NCBI GenBank assembly: GCA_964187785.1
Contig: OZ076409.1
Location: 17,858,001 to 17,922,000 of the forward strand
DNA length: 64,000 bases
Direction: 5' to 3'
Origin: Amphiscolops sp. MND2022
Taxonomy: Eukaryota
Part shown: one piece after another, positions 12,501 through 22,227 of the stretch
Numbering within the stretch: the stretch's first letter is position 1
Layout: the number at the start of each line of letters is the position of its first letter
Made by a program: the position numbers and the translations under genes
Notes under the pieces: model-generated
Told to the model about the DNA's origin: nothing
Seen by the model: the letters and a program-made list of their open reading frames with translations, nothing else
Databases searched by the model: none

Positions 12501-15500
12501 TTCTCGCTCAAGATACAGATCTCGTTCTCAATCACAAGGAAACTCCTTTAAACGATATAATTACCCATATAGATCTCCATCAAGACCTAGAGATTTTAGA
12601 TCAAGATCTAGAACACCCTCAAGAAACAGACAACAAAACAGAATAAATCAAGTAGACGTTAAAACACCAAAAGAAAATGATAGTACAAAATTTGAAATCC
12701 ACACCTGTCAAATGACTGAAATAGCTAATACAATCACCCCTTATAGTTGGTTTTATCCACTATATATTCACGCCTCTGAAACAAATGACAACATATTACC
12801 TTCAAAATTAGAAATCTTATTCCTTTTAGATACTGGAGCTTCCATATCTGTTTTGAATTTACCAACATTTCATGTAATTTCCAAACAATTAAACATCAAT
12901 GTTCCAACTAACCTCCAAAACAAAAGAGCCAAAACTCTTACAGTTGCAAACCAAACTGAAGTACCAATAATACATTATATTTCGATGACTTGTTTCACTG
13001 AAGTAAATCACAAAACACGATCCTTCAATATCGATTTTGCCGTAACAAATATCAAATACAACATTCTTGGAACACCCTTTTTCAAAAAGCACATCCAAAA
13101 TATTGATTTTCAACAAAACATTATGACATACACAGAACAATATCCAAAGCTTTCAACAAAAACTACATTTTCTACATTTACAGAAAAAGATTATCCATAT
13201 ATTTCTTACATTTATACTATTAAATGTAAGGAACCAATTCACTTTAAACCAAGGTCAGGAAAAACCATACATTTCCCAATTAAAAACTATTCAAATCTAC
13301 ATTTTGAACTCGAAGATAATACGAAGTTCTACCCAACAAACCCATATACATATTTCTTACAAAAATTTAAAAAAATCTTTCATTTCTTAGACATGATAGT
13401 CAATGAAAAAAGCAAAGACTCATGTGCAACTATAATTCAAAACTTTACATCTTACCCAGCTACATTACCACAAGGAATTATTGGATATATAGAAATACCG
13501 ATTACGCAAACAACTCCTCCTCACTACAGAGTTAACGATGCAAATTCACTCATTCACTCTGTAATACATGCATATCACCCTGATACGACAACCCCGATTA
13601 AACAAAATCCATATACAGATATGAACTTATGTACTAGGGTAATACCACAATCCCTATTAGAAATAAACAAGATAGAAATTAACGACAAAACACTTCAACT
13701 TCCTATACCTTCTGTTACTGGAAACCTTCGACCCTCAGATAAAATTCGAAAAGATTTCCCTCCATTACCCTATTCTACAGAAAACCAACAATTCATAAAG
13801 AAATTCAATTTCGAATACTCAGATTTAACCGATACAGAATATGTAAACCTTTGCAATATTCTAATTAACAACCAAAATTGTTACGCCAAACATAAAAACG
13901 ACGTAGGAAAGATTTCCACTCCTTTTCGAATTAGAATAAAAGATAATTGTAAACTTCACACACAAAGACCTTCTAAAGTACCTATCCACTATAGAGATAG
14001 ACTAAATAAACTTTTACTAGAACTCGAAAAATACAACATCATAAAACAAATTGGTTCAACAACAGATGAAAAACATACTATTGGAACAACATTTTTAAAC
14101 CCTTTAATTATTATTCCAAAAGGAGACGCAATAAAAGTTGTTTTAGACGCAAGACATCTAAACTCAAACACCAACCAAGAACTTGAATCTTGGCCTATTG
14201 AACCTTTAGCTCCTAAATTAGCTAGAGCAAATAAAAAATACAAATCAACTATTGATCTAATGTATGCATATGCTCATACACCATTAGATGAAGAAACAAT
14301 TAAACTTACAGGATTTTCATCCGGTGACAAATTATACGCCTTTATCCGTGGATTTTACGGATTAAAAGGACTTCCAAACTTTTTCACCAAACAAATGTCA
14401 ACTTTCTTTAGATCACTTATAGACAAACGTTCTGCGTTAGTTTATATAGATGATATTCTATTACTCGCAAATGAAAAACAAGAAATGTTTGAACTTATAA
14501 AAGAATTACATACAATAGCATCTCGAGAAAATCTCAAACTTGCACCTGAAAAATCGTTCTACATGTTACTCAAAGTAAAGTTCCTTGGACATGAAATTGG
14601 TAACAACACAATTAAGCCAATTCCATCCAAAATTGAAGCTATTAAAAGAATCCCATCACCAAAAGAAAAGAAAGATGTTATGCAATTTCTTGGCAGTGTT
14701 AACTTTTATTCAAAATTCATTGAAAAACTTCATATAAACCTTAAACCATTGTATACATTACTACATGATGATGTTAAATTTCAATGGACACCTGAATTAG
14801 AAAAACTATTTCAAAATGTTAAAAACGCAATGACAGCAGACACTGAATTAACAATACCCAACACCACGCATCCATTTTTTATAACAGTAGATGCTTCGTT
14901 AGTAGGTTTAGGCGCAGTCTTATTCCAAATGAACGAAGAAAATAAGATGAAAGTAATCTCGTATAACTCCAGAATTCTCAATACACAAGAACAAAAACTT
15001 TCAACTTTAGACAGAGAACTTCTTGCAATAGTTTACGCATTACAAATATATGAATTTTTGATCATTGGATCTCCTCATCCTATATATCTCTTCACAGATC
15101 ACAAGCCTTTATTACATTGTTTCGCAAAGAAAGGAAATCTTAGTCCTAGATTCTATAGAGCACAAATGCAATTAACCAAATTCTCCAAATTAAAAATCAT
15201 TCATACCCCTGGAAAAAAATTAACTGTAGCAGATATGCTTTCAAGAACCTTTACAAAAGAACAGCTACAAGTACACCAATTACGACACAAACAATTACCA
15301 CCTCAAATAGATTTCTCTATCATGAAAGATAATCAACTCAAACCAGTACATTATTTAGTAAAACATGAAGAAATAAAATATAATCAAAAAAATGATTGTC
15401 ATCCTATCCTTGCTGACTACGGAGACGACCAATTCTCCATCCGTATAAATAACAAAGGAGAAGATATACATATAAAGCCTTTAGATTCCTTCTCTTTTCA

Positions 15501-16095
15501 ATCTATTGTTCCATTCGAATCAAAATATAAAAGGCCTACAAAAAAACAAGCAAAATCTCTTTTACAACAATCGACAATTCTTAATGATACTGACATTCTT
15601 AGTGATGAAGATGAAATAACACCACCAAATAATATCCAACAACAAAACTCGAACATAGTAAAAGAATACACCCTTGCTATACAATATCCTACCAAATCTG
15701 ACTATTGTACACAACAAGTTCCATTTTTTGATCCGTCCTTTTTCAAATACAAAAAGTATTTTAATTACTTCTTCCTACCAGAAGATACACAAATAACCAT
15801 TGAAACAATAAAAACTCAACAAAATCAAGATACTGTTTTACAAAAGGTTTACCAGTGGATACTTAATAATGAAAAACCCTTACAAATAGACCCAACAATT
15901 GCAGCTAACTCTTTCTTATTAGTATATTACAAACTCTTCAACCAATTGTATATTAATCATGATACAAAAATTATTCACATAAATTATCCTATTTTCACGA
16001 TTCCAACCCGAATCAAAGAGACAAAATATGTTTACCATTTAAACTTTTCCACACAGCTTTTAACAAACTCCATGCTCATGGACATTCAGGAATAA
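9565..16095 (+). CDS. gag-pol: Gag-Pol polyprotein (long N-terminal extension, capsid, CCHC knuckle, RS-rich region, protease, RT, RNase H)
   Basis: KPFDG..PEEYL capsid start; CSYCHKNNHSFSNC; LLDTGASISVL; VYIDDILL; TVDASLVGLGAVL, RELLAI, TDHKPL, ADMLSR. Confidence 0.96.
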   Translation: MSSTTTPLPFQTPAIKNAKVVKLELNPFLQNILSHYTQPLPFENEPHTIETIPLIREHLDTYLFYIRYKVLTITEEYPTFQISFPQQKFNSSHIYRRTINPINLQVPIKQVFHAFLYNVKDHNLAHEFPKYSPNALDDLQRYIDNFDVEIIETLVNPEDNPHHWLQTDILQIQNFIYHYFKDLTLNDQTIPQIKVISLFLRKYFRFNYQLLWSQQDQPAFTEFPDQFTSEECLPFIISEQNEHPYFHKPQLITKQTLDYIRFDPLLITENDLFPDNRPYHYQQNSQDQQNLHFNTNNSTEDDNTDQENTTQQQNQPENYNDNEFTTQESTISTYNPSKTGTSTSVHTHSLRVPTRVINQGQNVHSPQSHLDTSPNRNITFNLPHTDDINDETHDTLQYTSSTQNTSANVASPTRTTSDSTRYITRPRYDPPSIPSAFRSNRSTISSNNFNDNPQTSNRYYDPFNYNFYPPSNTTTTTNISQNHSQINTISTTQNPFIQLSNTNTSQNINSQNRGTSCNSISYSNITQNSQRRLHNPPLTHIPTDPLYQTHSNPNPNPNPNPLPSNTIQHIPPPLTQQLAPPPQYFPMPQDTFINMSASIPEPMKPFDGLDHSYTPEEYLQQVEARLTFAIGEEPQNNPIKYKSWHNRRMAYIQCSLIGTALDWYTNLHISYKQQWNSFVQLFKKQFSSQKTAYYAQVEAMSLMKKDNETVRHFALRVQQLVKKGWCNENAATINLKNNEIFTKGLPKKLKDFAHKRQVKHVSTLLEPSIPFHTLVRHVDSEDIANEKIRTNDLALEINKVSLEEDTNKKEFEYEDQIMVTQTGDPNNKSKPAYRKYCSYCHKNNHSFSNCYQKQRDDEYQKYNNQRSRTPQQSFVQYFRSKPNNPQENRNENTISYSSDNDRNKYNQNYYNDRYRNNDRYRSNSREYSQNNYRSNSRQRYHNRSRSPYRSRFDNYYQRRTPSRSPYRSSYRNNSNYRYNSRSRYRSRSQSQGNSFKRYNYPYRSPSRPRDFRSRSRTPSRNRQQNRINQVDVKTPKENDSTKFEIHTCQMTEIANTITPYSWFYPLYIHASETNDNILPSKLEILFLLDTGASISVLNLPTFHVISKQLNINVPTNLQNKRAKTLTVANQTEVPIIHYISMTCFTEVNHKTRSFNIDFAVTNIKYNILGTPFFKKHIQNIDFQQNIMTYTEQYPKLSTKTTFSTFTEKDYPYISYIYTIKCKEPIHFKPRSGKTIHFPIKNYSNLHFELEDNTKFYPTNPYTYFLQKFKKIFHFLDMIVNEKSKDSCATIIQNFTSYPATLPQGIIGYIEIPITQTTPPHYRVNDANSLIHSVIHAYHPDTTTPIKQNPYTDMNLCTRVIPQSLLEINKIEINDKTLQLPIPSVTGNLRPSDKIRKDFPPLPYSTENQQFIKKFNFEYSDLTDTEYVNLCNILINNQNCYAKHKNDVGKISTPFRIRIKDNCKLHTQRPSKVPIHYRDRLNKLLLELEKYNIIKQIGSTTDEKHTIGTTFLNPLIIIPKGDAIKVVLDARHLNSNTNQELESWPIEPLAPKLARANKKYKSTIDLMYAYAHTPLDEETIKLTGFSSGDKLYAFIRGFYGLKGLPNFFTKQMSTFFRSLIDKRSALVYIDDILLLANEKQEMFELIKELHTIASRENLKLAPEKSFYMLLKVKFLGHEIGNNTIKPIPSKIEAIKRIPSPKEKKDVMQFLGSVNFYSKFIEKLHINLKPLYTLLHDDVKFQWTPELEKLFQNVKNAMTADTELTIPNTTHPFFITVDASLVGLGAVLFQMNEENKMKVISYNSRILNTQEQKLSTLDRELLAIVYALQIYEFLIIGSPHPIYLFTDHKPLLHCFAKKGNLSPRFYRAQMQLTKFSKLKIIHTPGKKLTVADMLSRTFTKEQLQVHQLRHKQLPPQIDFSIMKDNQLKPVHYLVKHEEIKYNQKNDCHPILADYGDDQFSIRINNKGEDIHIKPLDSFSFQSIVPFESKYKRPTKKQAKSLLQQSTILNDTDILSDEDEITPPNNIQQQNSNIVKEYTLAIQYPTKSDYCTQQVPFFDPSFFKYKKYFNYFFLPEDTQITIETIKTQQNQDTVLQKVYQWILNNEKPLQIDPTIAANSFLLVYYKLFNQLYINHDTKIIHINYPIFTIPTRIKETKYVYHLNFSTQLLTNSMLMDIQE

Positions 16096-17588
16096 AAATA
16101 TCCATCAAAGCTTTCAACCAATTTTACTTCATACCGTACCTGAATAACTGGATGTCAATATTCATCCATGATTGCATTGAATGTCAACAAAATAAACATA
16201 TTAACCAAAAATTACAAACTGCATCTATACAAACCTTCTCAGAAAATGCTTCATATTTTAATTACAGAATATCAATGGATACAAAAGGACCTATAAACCC
16301 ACCATCAAATCAAAATTCATACATTCACGTTATAGTAGACGCTTTTAGTCACTTTGTAGTAACAGTACCCATAAAACAAAATAATGCTCAAAACGCTGTT
16401 AACTCATTACTACATCATTGGATAACAAAATTTGGACCTCCTGTATACCTAGTTACCGACCGTGGAACAGAATATATTAATTCAAAATTTGCAAATCTTT
16501 GTACTACAATGGGAATTAGACACTCACCAAGAACTCCTTATGCACCATGGACAAATGGTTTAGTTGAAAACCAAAACAGAAATCTTGGAACTCATCTTAG
16601 ACTTTTCTTACATAACACTCCAGAAAATTGGTCAACTCAAGTCCATATGTATGCTTATGCACATAATTCACAACCACTTTCTGAATTAAACTTATCTCCA
16701 TATGAAATAGTATTTCATACTATACCCAGAATTCCAATCAACTTTGAACTCAATCTCCAAAGAGATACATATAGAAATTGTACTTCTCAATATTGTCAAG
16801 AGCTACCACTTCATACACACTATGACAAATCAAATCTAAACCCTTTCTTTCGTAAAATTTTATCTAAACCAATTCCACAATGGATCTTAGCTATTGAAAC
16901 TGCTATGATACAGATATACCATACGGTATATGAAAACACAAAAAGAAAGATTAATTCCTATGCTTATTTTAACAAAACATATCACAATCCAAAACCCTTA
17001 GATATTGGTACATTTGTACTAAAAAGAAATTTTCTCCATGTTCATTTTTCCGATAAATTAAAACCTCTCAGAATTGGCCCATTCAAAATTATTAACAAAC
17101 TCTCCGATATAACATATGAAATTGTTAATCAAGATGGTTATACATCGCACATACATAGAAATCATTTAATTCCTTATTATCCAAAAGAACCAGTTATTTT
17201 CCCTTTCATACAACAATATAACCCTCATTTATTTAATGACTGTCATTCAAATACAAATGATCAAATAATTAACTCTGATGAAGACAAATTTACAGACGAA
17301 GAACAATTTCCTTCCACAACATTTAATAAAGAAACGGATATACCATCCACGAATGACTTACAATCAGAACCATTTAACCAATATTCTTCATTTCCATATA
17401 AACAAAAAGAACAAATTCCTCAAAATACCTCCCTGGATAACCAATCAGATATTCATGATTATGATAATTTTATTAATCCCCGAAGACACTTCTATAATAG
17501 ATACAATTTCCGCCCACAACCAAGAAAAGACTACCGACTCTTCCTTGTTGAAAAGGATATAATCTCACTTTCTCAAAAATCCTGCTGA
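15963..17588 (+). CDS. pol: Integrase (continuation of pol in the -1 frame)
   Basis: Frame open from 15963: KICLP..KLHAHGHSG..CIEC (HHCC), SMDTKGP, VTDRGTEY, NGLVENQN (DDE), IGPFKI (GPF/Y); ORF track starts it at ATG 16152. Confidence 0.95.
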   Translation, partial: YKNYSHKLSYFHDSNPNQRDKICLPFKLFHTAFNKLHAHGHSGIKISIKAFNQFYFIPYLNNWMSIFIHDCIECQQNKHINQKLQTASIQTFSENASYFNYRISMDTKGPINPPSNQNSYIHVIVDAFSHFVVTVPIKQNNAQNAVNSLLHHWITKFGPPVYLVTDRGTEYINSKFANLCTTMGIRHSPRTPYAPWTNGLVENQNRNLGTHLRLFLHNTPENWSTQVHMYAYAHNSQPLSELNLSPYEIVFHTIPRIPINFELNLQRDTYRNCTSQYCQELPLHTHYDKSNLNPFFRKILSKPIPQWILAIETAMIQIYHTVYENTKRKINSYAYFNKTYHNPKPLDIGTFVLKRNFLHVHFSDKLKPLRIGPFKIINKLSDITYEIVNQDGYTSHIHRNHLIPYYPKEPVIFPFIQQYNPHLFNDCHSNTNDQIINSDEDKFTDEEQFPSTTFNKETDIPSTNDLQSEPFNQYSSFPYKQKEQIPQNTSLDNQSDIHDYDNFINPRRHFYNRYNFRPQPRKDYRLFLVEKDIISLSQKSC

Positions 17589-17757
17589 AATACGGAATAC
17601 AGAAAGAAATACACACAAAGAAAGTTTGAAAGAAAGAAAAAGTTTGAAGCTTAAAACGAAAATAAATGAAATTTATCTCACGAATGAGAATAAAAGAAAG
17701 AAATCCTAATTGATATAAAACTATAACTATTTTACAAGCTGAAACTAACTATCATAA

Positions 17758-19227
17758 CACAACGATTTCAAAATTGATAGACATATTCACTCACCATCAT
17801 CAACTACAAATAACTCTTCTTCTAGTTCAACACATTCACTCCAAAGATTACCTGAATATACAGCATATTTAAACTCAGATACAGACATACTGGATTCCTC
17901 ATCCTCAAATCCCAGTCCATCCGCTCCATATACTCCTGATAGAGTACCAACAACACCCACTAATACACCTATATCCCAAACTCAACCACAAATATTAACA
18001 ACTCAATCACAACTTATTTCACGAAATCTAACATTTTTAGAAACAAATTCACCACTTTCTGACTCTAATGATGAAACACCTACAATACCAAATACACAAG
18101 ATACTTCAGATATTTTGAATAGACCTCCTCTTCCACCGATTACTACTACTCGTTCTATTCATATTCCTGATCCTAGCTCAGTACTACAATACATAAATTC
18201 TTGTCCACACAAAGTACCAACTGCAACGAAAACAAAAAGAAAAACTCCTTTACCTACATTACCACAAAATCTTGATTTACCATCATCAAGTAATATCCCA
18301 ATAACATTTTTACCAGAACCTTCATTAAAATCACCAACGAAAAAATCACAACAATACCCAACTCCTTCACCATCGGAACTAAGTTCCTTCACATTTTCTC
18401 AAATATATCCCAAGCTTGAATTACAACGTGTACATTCAACAACTACCTCTTCATTAACAGACTTATATCATAAAGATAAATACTCTGACTCAACTGCTAG
18501 TACTAGAGTACCAAGACATAATTATAACCTTCGATCTCAACAACAAAGAAATTCTCAAGAATTACAATCCTTGACTAGCTCAAGTACAAACTCAAGACTA
18601 CTTCGACAACACGCCCAACCCAGATTGGACACTTCTTCTCTTTCCTCATCTCAGCCCACTATACCATCTTCTCTATCACTACCATTTCAAATCACATCAG
18701 GATTTGAAACAGCCTCTCTTCTTTCTGAAGAGCCAGCAACTATATCAGATAGCGCAGCTAATTTTTCACGAGTTTACTCACCTAGTTCAATAGCCTCAAA
18801 CTCCTCTATACAATTACCTGAATATTTTTTAGAAGACTTCTCAAGACCTCCATCGCCAAATCCTCACGAATATCCTATTCGTGTTAACTCAAAAATTGTT
18901 CGCACGCTTAACGAAGATCCTCGATACACGGTTTTACCTGCAAGATTTATAAACAATAGTTCACTCTCAACTCAAAGAAAACAAAGAGAACTACGAAGAT
19001 TACAAGAACAACAACTCACATTAAAATTTGAAGTAGAAGTCACATTCAACTCGTTAGGACCTCATCCATTCTCTCTTTCAACAAGAGTAGCACATAAAAC
19101 AACCCCATCACCATTCATTGTTACCTCCATTTCCTACCTTTGTGACGCCGATTTACCTGAGATTAGAACAGGACATATAAACTTTTTTAATCCCTACTCA
19201 GGACTCAATTATAGATCAATATTTTAA
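17758..19227 (+). CDS. Accessory ORF between pol and env; 489 open codons, S/P/T-rich, no Met
   Basis: Frame of the 18115-19227 track ORF stays open back to TAA 17755-17757; stop lies 2 nt before the env ATG. Confidence 0.75.
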   Translation, partial: HNDFKIDRHIHSPSSTTNNSSSSSTHSLQRLPEYTAYLNSDTDILDSSSSNPSPSAPYTPDRVPTTPTNTPISQTQPQILTTQSQLISRNLTFLETNSPLSDSNDETPTIPNTQDTSDILNRPPLPPITTTRSIHIPDPSSVLQYINSCPHKVPTATKTKRKTPLPTLPQNLDLPSSSNIPITFLPEPSLKSPTKKSQQYPTPSPSELSSFTFSQIYPKLELQRVHSTTTSSLTDLYHKDKYSDSTASTRVPRHNYNLRSQQQRNSQELQSLTSSSTNSRLLRQHAQPRLDTSSLSSSQPTIPSSLSLPFQITSGFETASLLSEEPATISDSAANFSRVYSPSSIASNSSIQLPEYFLEDFSRPPSPNPHEYPIRVNSKIVRTLNEDPRYTVLPARFINNSSLSTQRKQRELRRLQEQQLTLKFEVEVTFNSLGPHPFSLSTRVAHKTTPSPFIVTSISYLCDADLPEIRTGHINFFNPYSGLNYRSIF

Positions 19228-19229
19228 CC

Positions 19230-21806
19230 ATGAACCAAATCACCTTTACCTTTCATTTAATATATATAATACAAGTTGTTAAATACACGTATATAATAAA
19301 TATAGTTCACTCTTTAGTTCACCCTTCAACTGTTCCCAAAGTTGACACCACCAATTCCGAAAATCATATTTCAGACCAAGATCCTAACATTTTACACTTA
19401 ATGGTATCTCATTATGATTGTGCAAAACAAAACAACCTAAGACAATTCGGTTTATTAAACGTAGAACCATGTAAACAAGCACCCTCAGATATACAACACA
19501 CACAAACCCAAGCAACAATTTACGTTAGAGCAAAAGCCAAAAGAATAAAAGCCTTTAAATGTGAAGCATATATAAAGACTGAGAAAGTCTGGTGTTCACA
19601 AACATTCACATCTAGTAGACGATATGATCGTTTACAATGGGGACAAAACACATTAGAACTTCCAAAAATATTGGACCCTATTGAATGCAAAAATATGATC
19701 AGATATTTAAACGCGACTGATAACGAAGAATTAAACAATTACAATATACAAAACTCTTTCTCATTGTTCGATGATAGTAATTATCAAAACACAATTGAAC
19801 GAATTCAGACACCATTTAGAGTAAAAAAATTAAATACATGGCATATTGGAACCTTCGTATTTGACGAAAATTATCCTGATTGGATAGTTAATGTTACACA
19901 AAATACATACTCTAGATGTCGATCAGACCGCGAACATTTAATTACCCGACAAAGTTGGAAACTTAGAATTGTTAACACCGCAATAGATTATGACGATAAA
20001 AACAATCAATTAATACATGACGGACACATATTACCATGTTATCATTCAGACGGATTTTGTAAACCAACGACCAAAACTCTATATACATTAACATGGTTTG
20101 ATGAAAAATTTTCCCTCATATTTCAACTTCAAGAATTCATTGGTAGAATGACACGAATCAAAGATAGATACTGGATAGAAACCGATACCTTTATTGAAAC
20201 TTCAAACATCACACAAAAACTTCAAACCGAAGGAATACAAGGAACAAAATACCCTAATATAAAAACACCACAATCAAAAGTAAGCAATCCAAGCCTTTCT
20301 CGATTTGAAATATACCCAATTGCACAAACTTTCTGTGGAAAACCTGAACCATTATTTTCAACACAATATGATGACACCTTTGTTACATACTTAGATGGTT
20401 TTGATATGAACACAGGATTACCAAAACCACACTCAATAATTGACCAAACAATTAGTGGAAATATAAAATATGATGATTCAAACAAAAGGTATATATTCCC
20501 TGCATTGAATATATCAAACAATTTCGCCACTTTAGACTATGATGCCCACATTAATACAAAAATTGATTTCACAATAAATCATGTATTTAAATCCATGACA
20601 GTACAAGAATTAAACACTCTACATACAATATGTGAACTAGAAAGAACTCAACTGTTAACAATACTAGCAATGTCAGTTAAAAATCCCCAATTAGCCGGTT
20701 TTCTTTTAACTGGAAATCGTAGTAACTTTCTCTACGTTGAAGGATCTACAGCATGGCTGTATGATTGCCCTCATTTTATATCACCACTATACAAGGCAGA
20801 TAAATGCTTTGATAGAATTCCTATACACTACAGAGAAACGATAATGTATGTTGACCCAATAACAAGACAAACTTTTAACTACGCAACACCAATTGAATGT
20901 GGAAACAACCCACAAAATATAATAGAATTAGATCCAGATTCCAACGACGGAGATTTTTATGTGTTAACACCAGAACCACTCAAACGAGAAGCACCACAAA
21001 TGTTTAAACCTACCCAAATTAAAACAACAATCACTCCTAATACATTAACCGCCCAAGATGCCGGTATATACTCAAATGCAGAATTAGATCAATTCTGGAA
21101 TAGAGTATTATTTGCTAAACATTCAGACACAACTCTTCAATTACTTCGAAAATCATTAAGCTATGATTTCATTTCAATGCATAACGAAAAACACTCATAC
21201 TCAGAACATAATCCCTATAATCATTTAAGGATTGGAGTACATGACCACTTGTTAAATCTTCTACCACTTTTTAACCCTGACTGGTTCAGTCAAGCATTCA
21301 TTAATTTCTTTGGATACCCATGTTATGTTTTAACCCAATGTGGAATTTATTTTTCAACATTCCTTTTCATTAGAGAAGTTTTAACATTTTTACTCAAATT
21401 CTACAGAACAATTAGCATAAAATATAATCTCCAAAGCAATATTTCCATTTTGAGTTCAATAGCCCATGGATTTTTTAATATAGTTACGTCGGAAATGGTA
21501 ACCGATTTAAATAATACAGGAAAACGAAAACGGATATATACTAAACACAAAATTACAACAAGTGAAAATGATAATATCCTATTGCCGGAAAAAGAATTAA
21601 ACAATAAACGAAGACACTCTGATACTGACTCCCCTTATTTACCTCCTAAATATTCCAGTAAGAATTCAACATTTCAATCACCGCAAAAGACACACCCAAC
21701 TAATGTAAATGATATTAATTCTCAGGACTATGACCCAATAATGTCAAATGTAATAGCTGTACCGGAAAGTCCTGCTAAAGTCTTTATAAAATTCAATCCC
21801 TCCTAG
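19230..21806 (+). CDS. env: Envelope glycoprotein, class III fusion (herpes gB / chuvirus G-like), 858 aa
   Basis: Hydrophobic N-terminus, HYDC motif, Cys-rich ectodomain with N-glycosylation sequons, CELERTQL..NP..CFDRIPI..YVDPITR..IEC block, GIYSNAEL, C-terminal TM and cytoplasmic tail. Confidence 0.85.
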   Translation: MNQITFTFHLIYIIQVVKYTYIINIVHSLVHPSTVPKVDTTNSENHISDQDPNILHLMVSHYDCAKQNNLRQFGLLNVEPCKQAPSDIQHTQTQATIYVRAKAKRIKAFKCEAYIKTEKVWCSQTFTSSRRYDRLQWGQNTLELPKILDPIECKNMIRYLNATDNEELNNYNIQNSFSLFDDSNYQNTIERIQTPFRVKKLNTWHIGTFVFDENYPDWIVNVTQNTYSRCRSDREHLITRQSWKLRIVNTAIDYDDKNNQLIHDGHILPCYHSDGFCKPTTKTLYTLTWFDEKFSLIFQLQEFIGRMTRIKDRYWIETDTFIETSNITQKLQTEGIQGTKYPNIKTPQSKVSNPSLSRFEIYPIAQTFCGKPEPLFSTQYDDTFVTYLDGFDMNTGLPKPHSIIDQTISGNIKYDDSNKRYIFPALNISNNFATLDYDAHINTKIDFTINHVFKSMTVQELNTLHTICELERTQLLTILAMSVKNPQLAGFLLTGNRSNFLYVEGSTAWLYDCPHFISPLYKADKCFDRIPIHYRETIMYVDPITRQTFNYATPIECGNNPQNIIELDPDSNDGDFYVLTPEPLKREAPQMFKPTQIKTTITPNTLTAQDAGIYSNAELDQFWNRVLFAKHSDTTLQLLRKSLSYDFISMHNEKHSYSEHNPYNHLRIGVHDHLLNLLPLFNPDWFSQAFINFFGYPCYVLTQCGIYFSTFLFIREVLTFLLKFYRTISIKYNLQSNISILSSIAHGFFNIVTSEMVTDLNNTGKRKRIYTKHKITTSENDNILLPEKELNNKRRHSDTDSPYLPPKYSSKNSTFQSPQKTHPTNVNDINSQDYDPIMSNVIAVPESPAKVFIKFNPS

Positions 21807-22227
21807 CTGAAAAGCAATAACGTAAAAAACAAATTAACCTCAAGAAAAGTTCACAAAATTATCAACCAAATTCTTCTCAGTTTCAACTTTCATTCACATC
21901 CAAATTCTCACTCGGACCGGTCTCTCCTTTTCAACTCAACTCAACTCAACTCTCAACCAGAAGACATCAACTGGATTTTCAGTCCATCTAAACGACCGAA
22001 ATCACAGAAGTTTCTATTCCTGGAAGAGATGCCACTGTGATTGTTGATGTGTTCAACCCATCATTGACCCAGTATTCCCATATTGTAAGTACAATTTAAA
22101 CTTTAATTTTAACAAACAATTTAATGGATAGAAAAGACATAACAAAATTTTTCCTTAGTATTAGAAAAAATGTAATCAAATGTTATAATTATTATTTTAG
22201 CTCTACAAAAACACGCAAGTTTAAATA

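Noticed and set aside
12128..12646. 172-aa overlapping ORF inside gag (ID/DL-rich)
   Set aside because: Shadow frame of the repetitive AGA-TCT RS-coding tract
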